This document shows positions 26,340-40,557 of a DNA stretch of 64,000 nt, piece after piece (positions within the stretch are counted from its first letter, which is position 1; each line of letters opens with the position of its first letter). This stretch comes from Chiloscyllium plagiosum. Lineage: Eukaryota. The translations under genes and the position numbers were made by a program. The DNA lies in NCBI RefSeq assembly GCF_004010195.1, contig NC_057720.1, positions 33,542,944 through 33,606,943 of the forward strand, given 5' to 3'. Under the pieces are notes generated by a model. That model searched no databases. It had not been told where the DNA came from and saw only the letters and a program-made list of their open reading frames with translations.

Positions 26340-27074
26340 TAGGAGAGGGAGTACCCATTTAATTCGGTGTGTAGCTTATCTTTCCCACAATAAAGTCACT
26401 GTTATAAGTGATCAGCTTCAATCCACCCAACCATTATAATTGCCTTACAAAGTTGAAGAAAAGACAAACTGTCAGAAGGTCCTTAATTGGACACATGAGA
26501 TAACTGAAGTCATAGTTCTAATTAACGAAGCAATTTTTGACTAAAGAATATAACAAACCTGTTTTAAATGAAGTGCAACAGAAAACAATAGCATGCAATT
26601 CCAACAATACTACCGCACACCTTTCAATTCCTTTTGAGAGAGAAGAACTTAAGACAGGAAGTAAAAGTTTGCTTGTTTTCACCATATTGGGGTCATTTGC
26701 ATATTCTTTGATTTTCTTCAAACCTCCCTCAGTCAGTGTCTTAATGTTTTCCAGCTGTTCAATTTTTCTTCCTTCTGTTTATACTCTGAATTTCTCCTTC
26801 AGTCATTGACAGTAGAAAGCTGTCAGGTGTTTGCTTCATATGCCTGTACTTGACTGTTTTTCTCCCTTCAATTGTACTTAGCAACCCATTTTGATTCCTG
26901 AACTTCAACTCTTGAAGTTATAAAGCTTCAACACAAAGCACAGCGAGCATCTAGCCCAGTTACCAGTGTAGGGTATTGCAACTCTCCATGGACGTGAGAA
27001 TTGGACTCCATAGAAAATGGATAAGAGGAAGGTAACATTCTTTGAAATGTGGGCATCACAAAGTAGGTTCAGAA

Positions 27075-27300
27075 TGAGAAATTGCTGGAGAAACTCAGTA
27101 GATCTGACAGCATCTGTAGAAAATAAGCAGCATTAATGTTTCGGATCCAGAGGCAACTCTTCAGAACAGTTCTGAAGAAAATCATTGGTCCCAAAATGTT
27201 AACTCAGCTTAGTTTCCACAGATGCTGCCAGAGCTGCTGAGTTTCTCCAGCAATTTCAGTTTTTGATTGAGATTTCCAATATGTGCAGTTCTTTGTTTAA
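27075..27300. mobile_element. Palindromic PLE terminal-repeat element (family 2), decayed
   Basis: aaattgctggagaaactcag ... ctgagtttctccagcaattt inverted arms around tcagaacagttctgaaga. Confidence 0.75.
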
Positions 27301-28399
27301 TTTATCATTATGTTCAGAATTAGCTGGATGGACAGAAAGACATCCATGGGTTTAATCAAGTAGGAGTAAAGCAGAAGAAAGTCGGGTAGTTTTACCCAGA
27401 ATTTCTAATATTTGAATATCACTTTCAAATGTACTGGTCTGTTGTTTTGTGTACATTTTGTGACTGCTGCCACATTATTTATGTACTGGTAACTTTGTGA
27501 CTTTGCCAGTATTATTTGAGTTGGGCAGATCTACTATGTTGTTTGTACTAAGTTGAGCTTTATAACATGGTTGCTAGTGTTATCACAACCACTGACTTGT
27601 CAGCATGTACAGTGCTGTAGTATCTGACAGTTCTGAGATTAGTCCCCATGGTTAAGCTACAGTCCAAGCTAGAAACTCAAGATCTGGGGGGACAAGGAGA
27701 GTTGTCCTTTGTGTATTCCCAAGAGAACATTTATAATAACACCGAGAAAAGTCCGAGAATCAAGATTTGCTGTAGAGGGAGTCTGGGATCTTGGACACTG
27801 GGATGGGAGTTTCAACAAGGCCATGAGGTTAATACAGCACACAGGTGATGATTGAACCCATTGCTAGTTCACTGGAGAGCAGTCCACTATGGCCTGTTCC
27901 TAAGCTTTATCTTTTTAGCCCTGATCTCCAGTATCCATCCAATTTCATTTGAAATCATTGACTATTCCATTGTTAGTCATGATGTGGAGGTGCTGGTGGT
28001 GGACTGGGGTGGAGAAAGTTACAAATCACACAACATCCGGTTATAGTGCAGCAGGTTTATTTGAAGGTTCTAGTTTTCAGAGCGCTGCATCTTTGCTGCA
28101 TTGTTGCCAGTCTTGCAGATGGTAAATTCCAGGATGGTCCCATTGTTGTGTAAAGAAAAGCTCTTCTTCTGATCCCTCCCCTTCGACTTCTTGTCCAAAA
28201 CTTTTAAATCTGTGACATTTTGTTCTTGTGTCATAGCTAATGGGGAAACGGCTTTCTCTTTCTCTACCTTGTGTAAACCTGTCAAAATCTTGTTTATCTC
28301 TACCAAATCTTTTGTGTTTCCTCTCCTCCAAGAAGGTTGAGGATATTGGGTTTAGTGTGCTTTCAGAGAGAATGGGGAATATGGTCAAGAGTTTTTATG

Positions 28400-28845
28400 G
28401 GTAGATTGAGCCTCTCCTCAGGAGTATAGATGAATGAGAAGTGATCTTATTAAACCATTTTTGACTCCAAGGCATCTTGATGTTGTAGATGTTGAGATAA
28501 TGTTGAGATAATGTGCAGAGGATTCTAGAACTAGGTTAAATGGCTTAAAAATAAAAGGTCTTTCTTTTAAGATGGAAATGAGGGAGAATTTCTTCTGAGG
28601 ATCTTTAGCCTGTTGGAATTCTCTTCACCAGCAAACAGTGGAGCCTGGGTCATTGAATATGTTGAAGAACTGAGTTTCACAGATTTTTGATTGAAAAGGA
28701 ACATTTGAGGATTATGGGGGTAGGCAGGAAGGTGGAGTTAAGGCAAAAATTACATTGGCCATAATCTTATTCACCTCTTCAGTAGTGGAACAGGCAGATA
28801 GGCCAAATTACATATTGATGTTCCTATTTTCATATGACCTTGTCG
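28400..28845 (+). mobile_element. CR1 3' end, decayed
   Basis: gatggaaatgagggagaatttcttc...ggaattctcttc...ttcctattttcatatg. Confidence 0.65.
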
Positions 28846-31167
28846 TATGATCATTGAGAGGGTTTTGTTTAAATGGAACAGATACAGATTATTATTCTTC
28901 TGAGTATTTTGAAATCTAGCGCGTTTCGAGGGAAACCCTTTGGCACTTCAAGACTTGAATTGGATCTTCTACTACTAGAGGAAACAGGCCCCAAATTCCT
29001 TGCCAGGTTGAGCCCAGGAAAATGGGTTTAAAATAGTGTTGGTCACTTTGAAGTATTGTACCCTAACCACCACATTAGATAGTCCCCATAATTAATATAT
29101 TTCTGTTAATATAAGTCAATGCTTGTGGTTATTAATGTATAAAAACTGTTAAGCTCAAAAATGTTTTGAAAGATTTTTGTCACTACATTATATTTAATTA
29201 AAGTGACAACTGCATTAGAAATATTTATAGGCTGTGGAGTTAGGAATGGTGCAATTATTGCCCAATACTGGTAGACTCAAATCAGTGTACACCTGATGTC
29301 TTTGGTGCTCTTACAATGGTGTGACGTAGGAGGTTGATCCAAAAACAATAAAGGAGCAGTGATATATTACTCATCCAGTGTATTGCATGACTTGAATGGG
29401 AATTTGGAAGTGAGGGTGTTCACAGACCATTGCAGTTTCTGTTCTGTTTTCGTGCTATAAGTCACGTGAAATGATGTGCTCTCATAGTAACCTTGATAAA
29501 ATGCAATAGAGCTTCCTGCAAACTGGAGGACATAGAGTGCTGGTAATCAATGGAGTGGATAGTGAGCAGAATACACAGGTGTCAGAGATAGTCAGGGACA
29601 GGGTGATAACTGGCTTGCATTACTTACCATTTATGTAGCATGCGCTTTTCATTTATTTGCCCAAATAGTAGATGTTATTGAGGTCCTGCTGTGTGCTAGC
29701 TCTGATGATGGTGAATAAAACTGATTACCACTGGATCATCAGCAAGCAACCCCATTTCTGATTTTAACAGATGTAAGGTCAGTGAAGTAGCTGGACCCTG
29801 TTTAAAGTGATTTTGAGCATTTTCTTGGGCTTGTGTTGACTTGTCTCTGCCAATCACAAGGGTGTTCCTTTGTGCTAGGCATGAATCAAGCCTTTGGAGG
29901 ATTTGCTTGATTGACAGCAGTTTTCATTTGGGCTTTATAGTGCCGTACTTGGTTCAGTGCTGCCTTGGTGTTAAAAGGCAGTAAGTCTCGTTTCTCCTGT
30001 GGTATTCAGCCTTTGTAATCCTACCTAGGTCAAGGAAATGTTGAGATCTGGAGAACTTCACCTTTATATTGCTTTGCTGGTTATTGATGATGAGAAATTT
30101 ACATGTTGCAGTGCTGCTGTTTCCATTTTTACTGTTCTTTTGATGAGTGACAGGGAACTAAAAGGGTAATAGGATTAAATTTTTCTATATTGTGTACAAA
30201 ACTTTCATTTTATAACCCCTTTAAATATGGTAATTTTTTCAAGGCCTTGTATAGTGTACAATCAAATAAAATCTGACACTGAGTCATGGCGAGGTATTGG
30301 ATAGAATTTTATAGGGGCCTGAGAGACGTGGGCTGTGATGAGATTTGTTGCAGCATCATGTGAGAAATCCCATGAAGCCTATCTCAATATTGGGAGCAAC
30401 GTACTGCATCATTTATACATCTGCCAAATGGCAAAGCAAATTTGTCTCAAAGCAGTGATGAGATGCCAGTTAATGTGGAATATAGTTTGTGAAACTCATT
30501 ATTTATTAATGCTACAACTTACCTCATTAACATTCGGTTTCTTATCATGCTCTTGTGCTGAGCAAGCTCGATGTCAAGAATTCTTGATATGGAAATCTGA
30601 GCGGGTATTTAGCAACTTTAGACTAGCCTCCAGGTTTCTCAGCACCAAACAACATCTCCGGGCACAATCCACAGGCATCAAACTTCCATCCATGGAGTTT
30701 GGCATTCAACATTTGGCAACCTTTAATACCATCTTTGCATCTCTCTGATCCACCTGTCACTTAGGAAGAATGTACATGCACGAAGTGGTGCACCGCCAAC
30801 TGGCAGTGAAAGGCTGCTGTAAGGATGTATAGCACACAGGGAGAGACACCCAGATTACAGGTTGGACCAGGCTCCTCCTCAACCCTGCTCACTTGGCAAC
30901 TATCTATGACCTTGATGTGCCATGATTGTTAATGCATTTCACTTGAACCAGAACTAAAAGCTATCAGCGCCGCCATTTTGATGTGCTTTTGTTTTGTGCA
31001 GACGCACAGACAGGCTGCTTGTCATATTTTTGTGGTGGGTGCAATGATGTTTGTCATTGAATGGCACACTGAGAAGTCAATTAAACACCTACAGCATATA
31101 CCAACTGCCTACATGGAAAACAAACTGCATGTGTACTCAACCAAATGGTCCTGTCAGAAACTGGGTG

Positions 31168-31277
31168 AAAGTGAGGACTGCAGATGCTGGAGATCAGAAT
31201 TAAGATTAGAGTGGTGCTGGAAAAGCACAGCAGGTCAGGCAGTATCCGAGGAGCAGGAAAATCGGCGTTTTGGGCAA
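31168..31277 (-). mobile_element. PLE terminal-repeat fragment (family 1) with 10-bp TSD
   Basis: AAACTGGGTG at 31158-31167 and 31278-31287. Confidence 0.75.
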
Positions 31278-32989
31278 AAACTGGGTGGAGGCTGGCCCTC
31301 AGACCGCAGTTGGGGTGAATGGGGGATATTTGTGCTACAGTCGGTTGGCAGCACAGTCCGCGTGCTTAGTTGTGGTCAGACATCTGCTTGGAGCACTCGG
31401 GGTCAGGGGATTTGTCTGACTACATCCCAGGGAATGTGCAATGGTCTGTCCCATAGGGTCAGCACCAGCAGTCAGGGGAGTCGCATATCATCAGTTGGAG
31501 AGCTGCGTCAACAGAGGTCAGGGATCTCTTTGAAGTTGGTCAGAATTTAGTTCTGGGGTTCTGTGTGTTGATCATTTTGAGGAGGTCACAAGTGGAGCCT
31601 TGTAGGGTCAGTAGGACACTGAGGAGAATGACATTGTCCTTTTGCATGACAGTGCTCAACTGTGCAGGTCAAATTCAGACAGAACATGGCTGACTCCTGA
31701 TTCCAGTAGATGAGAACTGGGTGCAGCAGACTGTAGTGGAATAGTCGTTTGGTCTCATGCCAGTATTTGGGTTGCATCGTGAGGAAAACTGTAGCCTCTA
31801 CTCATTTTTCCTTGTGTTCACCATTGCTGGCTGTAAGTAAAAGCTCATATTTGGAATTGTCTGCTTGTATGTGATAGTCCCTCACTGGTTAATGACAAAT
31901 TGTGGGTGTCTAATTGTGATCTAGAGAGAGTGTTTAGACTGGATATAGCAAAGGACTGTGTTACCTAGTGGACAAACAGTGACTAGGATGAGAGAATGAG
32001 GTTGTATTTGTGTGGGAATGTCTGCCATGTGCCATGAACGGTATCACTTTGTGGTTGCTGTGCTATTAGATTGCTTTGAGGAACAGCACCAAATTGCCAA
32101 ATGTGGACCTGGTGTACAGAGACTTTTCAGAAGGGCGCAGGTAGAAGGGCTGTCCTTACTTTGGCAGATATCTGCTGGGAGGCGCGTTGTTCTGGTTACA
32201 GTGCCTGGTAAGATTAGGATGGAATCTGACATGATGGATAACATAGAGGCAGGGTAATTTAGTTAATGAGGTGAGCTTAATAAGATATGGCGACAAAACT
32301 TATGAGGCTTCGTGGTGAACAATCCTCCAAAAAGATCAATGCAGCAGACTTAGCCAAAAATCATAAGATTTAACTCAGTATTCTCACAAAGAAGTGGCTT
32401 ACAAGAAGTGATTTCAACAACAGCTATTTGCAATTATATACCATCCATAATACAACAGGCTATTACAAGGAAGCAGATGAGCAATCTTCCATTTTCATCA
32501 AATACTTGCTACTGTCGCCATAATTTATGGGATCGACAATCATTTTTCTTCTAACCAACAGGTTTAATGACAGCTGCTGCTGTTTCCACATGTTGGCTCT
32601 TGGGCAATAGCTGTTGCCTTTCTAATGTGTTATGTTTCCTTGTTAGGTATTCACAAGATTAAAAGATGTTGTAATACACTGATATAAACTCTTCATCTGC
32701 TTGAAATAAAATCCTAGATTCAGTCTCCTTTATTTTTTGAGGGGAAAATCAAAAAATATTGCATCTTGCCTCAGAATAAGGGATGTATTCTTCCTTTTGC
32801 TGAAGGGCACATTGGGAATGTCAGTAAATGGTGAATGCAAGGATATTATTGAAAGTACTCTGAATTGTTGTAAAGTAGCAATGATTAAATTGAAGATCAG
32901 ACTGGACAGCCTGAGTTCTTCAGTGGGAGAGCGCTTTTGTGATAGCAGCCTCAACACCGTTTGCCTCTTTCCATTTTCATAACAAACTT

Positions 32990-34515
32990 AAACAATCTGC
33001 AAAAAGGATTTTGGATTGGGGGCAGGTAGATTTTATTAAAATAAGGCAGGAACTGCCCAAAGTAAACTGGGAACAACTGCTTGTGAGTAAATCTGCAACA
33101 GAATTTTGGGGCGAGGGGGGGTGGTGTGCGGATGGGCATTCAAAAAGGGATCTGGGATAGTACAGGCCCAACACATTTCATCTCAGGTGAAATGTAGGAG
33201 CAACAAGCCCAAAGAACTCTGAAGGTCTAGAAATATTCTGGACAGGATAGATAGAAAGGAAAGGCTTTTAACAGGTTAAAAAGGGAGGAAATCAACAGAG
33301 TGGGGTATAGAAAGTGCAGAAGGAAACTTTAAGAAAGCAATTAAAACCAAGAAGGGGCATGAGAAAACATGGCAGGTATGTTTGGGGAGGTATTCTATTG
33401 GTATAACAGAAAAGAGGATAACTAGGAAATAATTGGCACATTAGGGCCAAAGAGGATATTGGTAGAATGTTAATTGAGTACTTCACATCTGTCTTCGCTT
33501 GGAAGCTGGAAGATAAAGGAACGGAATTTGTCTGGAAGGACCGAGAGGTTCTTGAGCAGTTTTACGTAGGAAGTGAGTGAGTATTAGAAGTTTTGGCAAG
33601 CTTAAATATGAGCTAAACTCCAAATCCAGATGAATTTTACCCCAGACTGCTGTGGGGGATGAGAGAGGAAATTACAGGAGCTCTAACCCAAACTTTCACC
33701 ACCCCTTTGGCAACCGGAAGTGCCAGAGGACAGGTGGACAGCTAATGTGGTTCCACTTTTCAAGAAAGGTGGTAGAGATAAGCCAGGGAATTATGCACCA
33801 CTGAGACTGACATCCGTGATATGGAAACTATTGGAGAAAATTTTGGAAGGAAAAACTAATCTCCACCTAGAAAGGCAAGGTTTCATCAAGGATAATCAGC
33901 ATAGCTTCAGAGGAAGGTCATACCTTACAAATTTGGTCGGATTCTTCGAAGGGGTGGTCAGGTATGCAGATGAGGTAGTGCAGTTGATGTGGCTAATATG
34001 GATCTCAGCAAGCTTTTGACAATATCCCACATGGGAGAGTGATCAGGAAGGTTCACGGGTCTCACGATAACTTGGCAAGTTAGATCCAAAATTGGCTTAG
34101 TGGTATGTAACAGAGAGTGGTGGTAGAAGGCCACTGGAGGCCAGTGTCTTACCACAGGGATCAGTGCTGGGTACTTTATTGTTTGTGATATAGATGAGGA
34201 TGTGGGGGAGCAGAAGGGATGATAAGTAATTTTGTAGATGACAGAAAGATTGACCAGGTAGTTGACAGAGTGAGAAAGAAGGTCTTTGGTTACAGGAGAA
34301 TATAGACTTGTTGATTAGGTGGACAGATCAGTGGCAGATGGAATTTAACCTTGATAAGAATGAAGTTATACTCTACAGAAGAACAAACAAAACAAGGAAG
34401 TACTCGATGAATGGCGGAATATTACAAAACACTTAGGAGGGATCTTAAGGTGTTTGACCATATATCCCTGAAGGTAGCAGGGCAGGTTAATAAGCTACTT
34501 AAGAACACATACTGG
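32990..34515 (+). mobile_element. CR1 LINE ORF2, left half (continues after the L1)
   Basis: PEDRWTANVVPLFKKGGRDKPGNYAPLRLTSVIWKLLEKIL. Confidence 0.9.
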
Positions 34516-34697
34516 GGGATCTAAGATGGCGGCGATCTGAGAAGATCACACTGCAGAGCTTCGCATCGCAGCAGGAGCAGGATGGTCCTTTAACCCACCC
34601 AACCCAGGTCATCAGGATTTCTTGGGGCGTTGGAAAGATTGTGGAGCCCCAAGAAACATTTAAAAATTGACTTACCTGTATTTTCAGCTGTCCAGAA

Positions 34698-35511
34698 ATG
34701 CCTAAAAAGGGAGGAGGAGCATCTGAGGCCGGGCCTGCAGCTCAGCCTGCAGCAGCCTCGGAGCCGATTACTCTCCAGGACCTGGTGAACCAGCTCTCGA
34801 AATCTCGCAAGATGTTGGAGAAACAGATCGAAGAGAAGCTGGCTCCAGTCTCTCTCATGCTACAGAAACATGAGCAGCAGTTGGGGGACCTGGAGAAGAG
34901 GACGGATGAGGTGGAGCACAGGGTCACAGTGGTGGAAGCTGATGCCAGTTCATTCAAGGAAGAGATCCAAGCCCTGAAGACGCAGGTTCGTAATTTGCAT
35001 GACCAAGTGGATGATCTTGAAAACGGGCAGGAGAAAAAACATTCAGATCATCGGTCTGCCTGAGGGTAAGGAAGGTGAGCGGCCTGCGGAATTTGTTGAA
35101 GATTGGCTTCCAAAATTCCTTGACTTGGAGGCTGGCATGAGAGGATTGAAGATAGAGAGGGCTCACTGGGTCGCAGCACGGAGGTTGGGTCTGGGTGAAT
35201 GCCCTCGTCCTTTCCTGGTGCGGTTCCATCATTACCAGGATAAGGAGAGAGTCATGGAGGCTTCCAGACTCCAGGGGAAGGATCCAAAGGCCCTAATTTA
35301 CGAGGGGTCTAAGACCATGTTTTTTCAGGACTTTTCAGTGGCGGTGATCCAGAAACGATAATCGTATGATGGTGTCAAGAGAAGATTGAAGGAGCTTGGG
35401 ATTCAGTACTCCCTGAGATATCCGGCAGTGCTTCGGATCACCTTAGATGAATCCATGCATCTCTTTGACACATCGGAGAAGGCAAGAGACTTTGTGGACA
35501 AACTAACCTAA
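34698..35511 (+). pseudogene. L1 ORF1p (coiled coil, RRM, CTD) with a frameshift near 35025 and a stop near 35360
   Basis: DDLEN/RRKNIQIIGLPEG, IERAHW, PRPFLVRFHHYQDKE, FFQDFS, YSLRYPA. Confidence 0.9.
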
Positions 35512-36111
35512 TTTAAACAATTGTAATATGTATAAATATTGTTGCCTGGGTATGTGTTTATCATTCTGTAAAAGAAATGGAGGAAATCCGGTTGGAGCTT
35601 TGTTTTTCCCCTTTATTTTCCTGTATTGATAATAATTTGGTTCAAACTATGTCTGGCGGTGGTTAAGATGTACATTTTAAATTTCTAAATTAGGACATAC
35701 CAAAGGATGGGTGGGGTATTTATTCCTTTTTTCTTATATAATTTTTTAAAATTCCTATTGATATTCTATGGGGTGTTTATTCTTTTTAGCTTGTGCTTGC
35801 GATGCGGCTCTAGCTGGGAGAAGTGAAGGTGGTTGAGATGGTTAGTTGCCTATTTATGGACAGTTCGGGACGGGTAGTTGTCCCTTCCAGGCAGGGGGTG
35901 AGTTCCCCTACTCAGCGCTATTGGCGCTTTATATGTTGGTTTGTTTTCTGGTTTTTGTTGTTTTTTATTTCTAATAATTTTGTATGTTTGTTAAATGTAG
36001 TGGTTTTAGTTTATGTATTTTTTGTGTTTGGTGGACCATGCGACACTAAGGCTCAGCAATTTGTGGTTCGGGTTCCTCCTCTCTGGAATTTAAATGTAAT
36101 TGCAGAAGATT

Positions 36112-39100
36112 ATGACTAATGATTTGATTAAATGGTGTACCTGGAATATCAAGGGAAGTCACTCACCAATAAAGAGGAAGAAGGTACTCTTGAGTCTTAG
36201 AAAGGAGAAGGTGGATATTGCTTTGTTACAGGAGACACATTTGGATGACAAGGAGCATCTGAAATTACAGCAGAATGGTTTTGACCGAGTTAATTTTTCA
36301 TCATTTAATACCAGAAGTAGGGGAGTGGCTATATTGGTAAGGAAAAATCTCTCATTTAAATTGTTGGAATGTGTTAGAGACACATACGGGAGGTTTGTAA
36401 TTCTCAAAGCCTTGATAAATGGGGAAGAATATGCATTTTAAATGTTTATTGTCCCCCAGCTCATCCTCTTAAATTCTTGGTAAATGCTTTTTCTAAATTG
36501 ATAAGTCTCAAGTCTCGGCACATCATTATAGGGGGAATTTTTAACTGCCTCATGGACCCCACAGTAGACAGGTTGCCTAAAGGTCCCTCGATACCCTCAG
36601 CGCAAACTAAACAGTTATTGGGTCTGTGTGGGGAATTAGGATTGGTGGACGTCTGGAGGTGTCTCCACCCTACAGGTAGGGATTTCACGTTTTTCTCCAA
36701 TCCGCACAGATGTCACACGAGTATTGATTTTTCTTCTGACCCCTGCGGTAACCCTGGATCTTGTGGCATCCTGTACGATTGGTAATATTGCCATCTCTGA
36801 TCATGCTGCAGTGTACCTCATGGTTAAGATTAAGCATGTTACAGTGGATTCAAGATACTGGCGAATGGACCCCTTTATTCTCATGGACAGCAAGTTTGTG
36901 GAGTATTTCTCTAGGGAATTTCGGACATTCCTAGACATCAACATAGGCTCGGTTGATAGCTCATGTGTTCTCTGGGAAACTGCCAAAGCTTATGCCAGAG
37001 GGTTAGTTATTTCATATTCCACAAGTAGGAAGCGGCAGAAGGGTGAGTCTCCTTGAAGCACGGTTGAAGGCAGCCGAGAAGGCCTATTTTGACAGACCCT
37101 CGTTGGTCAAACTACAGAGGATTATGGCACTGCGGTCTGCACTAAATTCTGTGCTCACTCAGATGGCAAAGAAGGAGCTGACTTTTGCAAATCAAAGGTT
37201 ATATGAGCATGGTGACAAGTCAGGCAAATACTTAACATATCTTGCCAGAAAGAGAAGTGCCCGACAAACCATTACAGCGATTAGGGAAGGGTCTGGGAAC
37301 CTAACATGTGATTCTAAACAGATTAATGTGACGTTCCAGAGATTCTACTCTAAGTTATATCAGTCTGAGAATTGTGAGGAGGGGCAGGCCAAAATGGAAA
37401 CCATTTTTAGAGATCTGAAGCACCCGGGTGTGACTCCCGAACAACAGTCCTTTCTCAATGCCCCATTATCAGAGCAAGAAGGGCAGGAAGCTGTGAGGCA
37501 GCTTCAGAGTGGAAAGGCATCCGGTCCTGATGGACTTCCCAGTGAAATCTATAAGTATACCTTCAGGCCCGATGCTGAATATGTTTAATGATTCATACAG
37601 TCATGTTTGTCTCCCACCATCTCTGAGAGAGGCCAATATTTCACTTATCCTTAAAAAAGGGAAGGATCCAGAAGACTGTGCTTCATACAGGCCCATCTTG
37701 CTTTTAAATGTGGACTTTAAGATTCTCTCTAAGGTTCTTGCGTTAAGGCTGGAGACTGTGTTACCCTCTATTATTAAAGAGGATCAGACGGCTTCATAAA
37801 GGGTCGGAGATCCTCCAATAACGTTAGGAGGCTTCTTAACGTAATTCAAGTATGCCAACAGCAGTCAATACAGGGATTGGTGATTTCTTTAGATGCAGAG
37901 AAGGCATTTGACCGAGTTGAGTGGCCGTACCTTTTCTATACTCTAGACCGGTTTGGTCTGGGCGAAGTTCCCATAAGATGGGTAAAGGTTCTCCACAGTG
38001 TACCTCTCGCTGCGGTCATTACCAACGGGGTACGATCAAGCAATTTTAATATTTCTAGGGGCAGCCGGCAGGGCTGTCCCCTTTCACCATTACTTTTTAC
38101 GTTGGTGATTGAACCGTTGGCAGAGGCCAATCATGGGGATCTCAATATATCAGCTCCAGAAGTGGGGTCAAAATTACGTAAGATCTCACTGTATGCAGAT
38201 GATGTTCTAATTTTCTTGACAAATCCAGCAATCTCAGTGCCTTGCCTGATATAATGCATTCACGCGTTTGGCGCTTTTTCAGGGTATAAGATTAATTTTG
38301 CTAAATCAGAGGCTATGCCTATGGGTGGTCTTACGAAAGAGTTGGCTCTTGAGAGTGACTATAGATTCCCATTTAGGTGGTCACAGGGGGGTTTTGTGTA
38401 TTTGAGCATATTCATTACTCCAGTTCTGGATTGGCTGTTCAAAGCCAATTTTACTCAATTATTTGAAAAAATTGAACAAGATCTCCAAAGATGGGAGGCA
38501 CTTCCAGTCTCATGGTTGGGTCGGATAACACTTATTAAGATGAATGTTCTCCCTCGTTTGCTATACCCTTATACGGATGCTCCCCCTGATTATCAATAAA
38601 CAAACACTCAGGAGACTGAACAGTTGGTTCAGCTCCTTTATCTGGCACCGTAAACGGCCCCTCATTAAATTAGCCAAACTGCAGTTGCCTCACAGATTGG
38701 GGGGAGTAGACCTTCCGGACATTAAAAATTACCAGTTAAGCTCGCTCTTGACCTACGTAAGTGATTGGGTTTGTGGGGACCCTCTTTCAGTGTGGCTAGA
38801 TATCGAAATCTCCTAGGCAAGGTGCCCCCTTACCAGTTTGCTGTTTTTGGAAAAGGTGAGGACAGTTAGGGAATATTGCCATAACCCAATAGTCATCAAT
38901 ACTGTTAAAGCATGGAGGGCAATTCGGCAGAGGGAAGGTAATATTGTCAAAACATCTTTGTTTACACCTTTAGTGGGTATGCTGAGTTTTCAACCAGGTA
39001 TGATAGATTCAGGATATAAACGTTGGGCAGCTAGGGGTATATCTTGCATGGGTGATTTATTTGAGGGAGATGTAATGATGTCCTTCGATCAGTTAGTACG

Positions 39101-40229
39101 GAAGTACGAGTTACCTAATAGAGACCTCTTTCGTTTTTTTCAAGTTAGGGATTTTATTCAAAAAAAGACCACACTTTTGACTGATCCCTACAAATCTGAC
39201 ATAGAACCCTATTTATCTCTCCACCCTGGAGGCTTCCTGCCTCTATTCCTGATGAAGGGCTTTTGCCCGAAATGTCTATTTTCCTGCTCCTCGGATGCTG
39301 CCTGACCTGCTGTGCTTTTCCAGCACCACTCTGATCTAAACTCTGGAAGAGTAGGAGGTCAATGGTAAGGTATAATTAATTACATTAGATTTTTTGATAC
39401 TTAACGGCTAAATGGAGCCTTGTTCTAAATCATATACATGTAGTACAGCAGCAAAAAAGGCAAAAATGAAAGAAGTTAAAATACAAATATAGCAAAGACC
39501 ACACTTTTGACTGATCCCTACAAATCTGACATAGAAAGAGGGGTACTAAGGGCTAAGAGTACACTCTCTGTCAGTACTCTATATCACCAATTGGGCGGTG
39601 TCACCTCAGATGATTCTGATCGACTCTGCAAGATGTGAGAAAGAGAGCTGGATGTTGACGTTTCTTCAGAGGCATGGGAGGATATTTGGGCGAATGCAAG
39701 GAAGATATCAATTTGCAATAGGACCCATGCTTTACAGTTGAAGATTCTCCACAGGGTCCACTTAGCCCCAGACCATTCGTCAAAATTTAAACCAGGGGTA
39801 TCTTTAGCATGCCCTAAGTGCAAGGTCTGTACGGGTACTCTTACCCACTGTCTTTGGTCTTATGACAGGCTTCAAACATATTGGAGCGCTGTGGTATGTG
39901 CAGTGGAGAGGATTTTAGGTGTGGGGTGGAGAAGGATCCTATTTCGATCCTTTTGGGCCTACCCATTGTATTTCCTACAGACTCGCATAAGGAAAAACAT
40001 TTCAATATTCTTATATTCTGTGCAAGGAAGAATACCTTGCTGGGGTGGATATCCGAAAACCCCCCCAGGCCTGTTGGGTTGGCAGAAGATTGTTATGGAG
40101 CATATTCCCCTGGATTTTCTCACAAAAATGGTACACCACAAAACTGAGAATTTTTACAAGGCATGGCAACCCTAAATGAAATACCTGGACACCGATTTAT
40201 CTGCCACACTAACAAGGGCTTTTATATAG
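36112..40229 (+). pseudogene. L1 ORF2p (APE endonuclease, RT, C-terminal Cys-rich region), multiply frameshifted and split by a PLE insertion
   Basis: TWNIKG, LLQETHL, ISDHAAV, YRPILLLNVDFKIL, SLDAEKAFDRVEW, GSRQGCPLSPLLF, SLYADDVL, CPKCKVCTGTLTHCLW. Confidence 0.92.
39207..39493 (+). mobile_element. PLE terminal-repeat fragment plus ~147 bp of unrelated sequence inside L1 ORF2
   Basis: 43-bp L1 segment duplicated at 39164-39206 and 39494-39536; hammerhead-like motif at 39249-39276. Confidence 0.85.
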
Positions 40230-40557
40230 CTGTAACGATTGTGTTTCATGAGTCCAATATCCAGGGAGGAGGAACTATGAATGTATGAGTGTTTTGTTTG
40301 GCTGGGCTGAGTTATTACTATTTATTTGTTTGCTGTTAGGTATTTATTTAGTTAGTTAAATAGCTAGTTTAGGTTTTTTTTAATTTTATACTTCTCTATA
40401 TATGTTTATACATTCGTACAGGAGGATGGGTTGGGAAATTTTTTTATTATTTGGGTTTAGTTTTGTACTATTTTTGTACTGTTTTGAATTACATTGTTTT
40501 GTATTTGTTGTAATATTTAAAAATCTATTTTTTCTTAATAAAAATATATAAAAAAAA

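Larger units (their letters stand above)
34516..40557 (+). mobile_element. Full-length L1-clade LINE, inactivated
   Basis: 5'UTR with AAGATGGCGGC (YY1-like); ORF1, ~600-bp T-rich spacer, ORF2; AATAAA and poly(A); TSD ACATACTGG at 34507-34515 and 40558-40566. Confidence 0.95.

Noticed and set aside
26400..26950. Possible Gypsy pol relic on the minus strand (LKKIKEYANDP)
   Set aside because: Similarity too weak to support without a search
30978..31550. 190-aa ORF
   Set aside because: Runs through a PLE terminal-repeat insertion; no recognisable domain
30370..32700. Possible old non-LTR element remnants
   Set aside because: No diagnostic motif could be read with confidence
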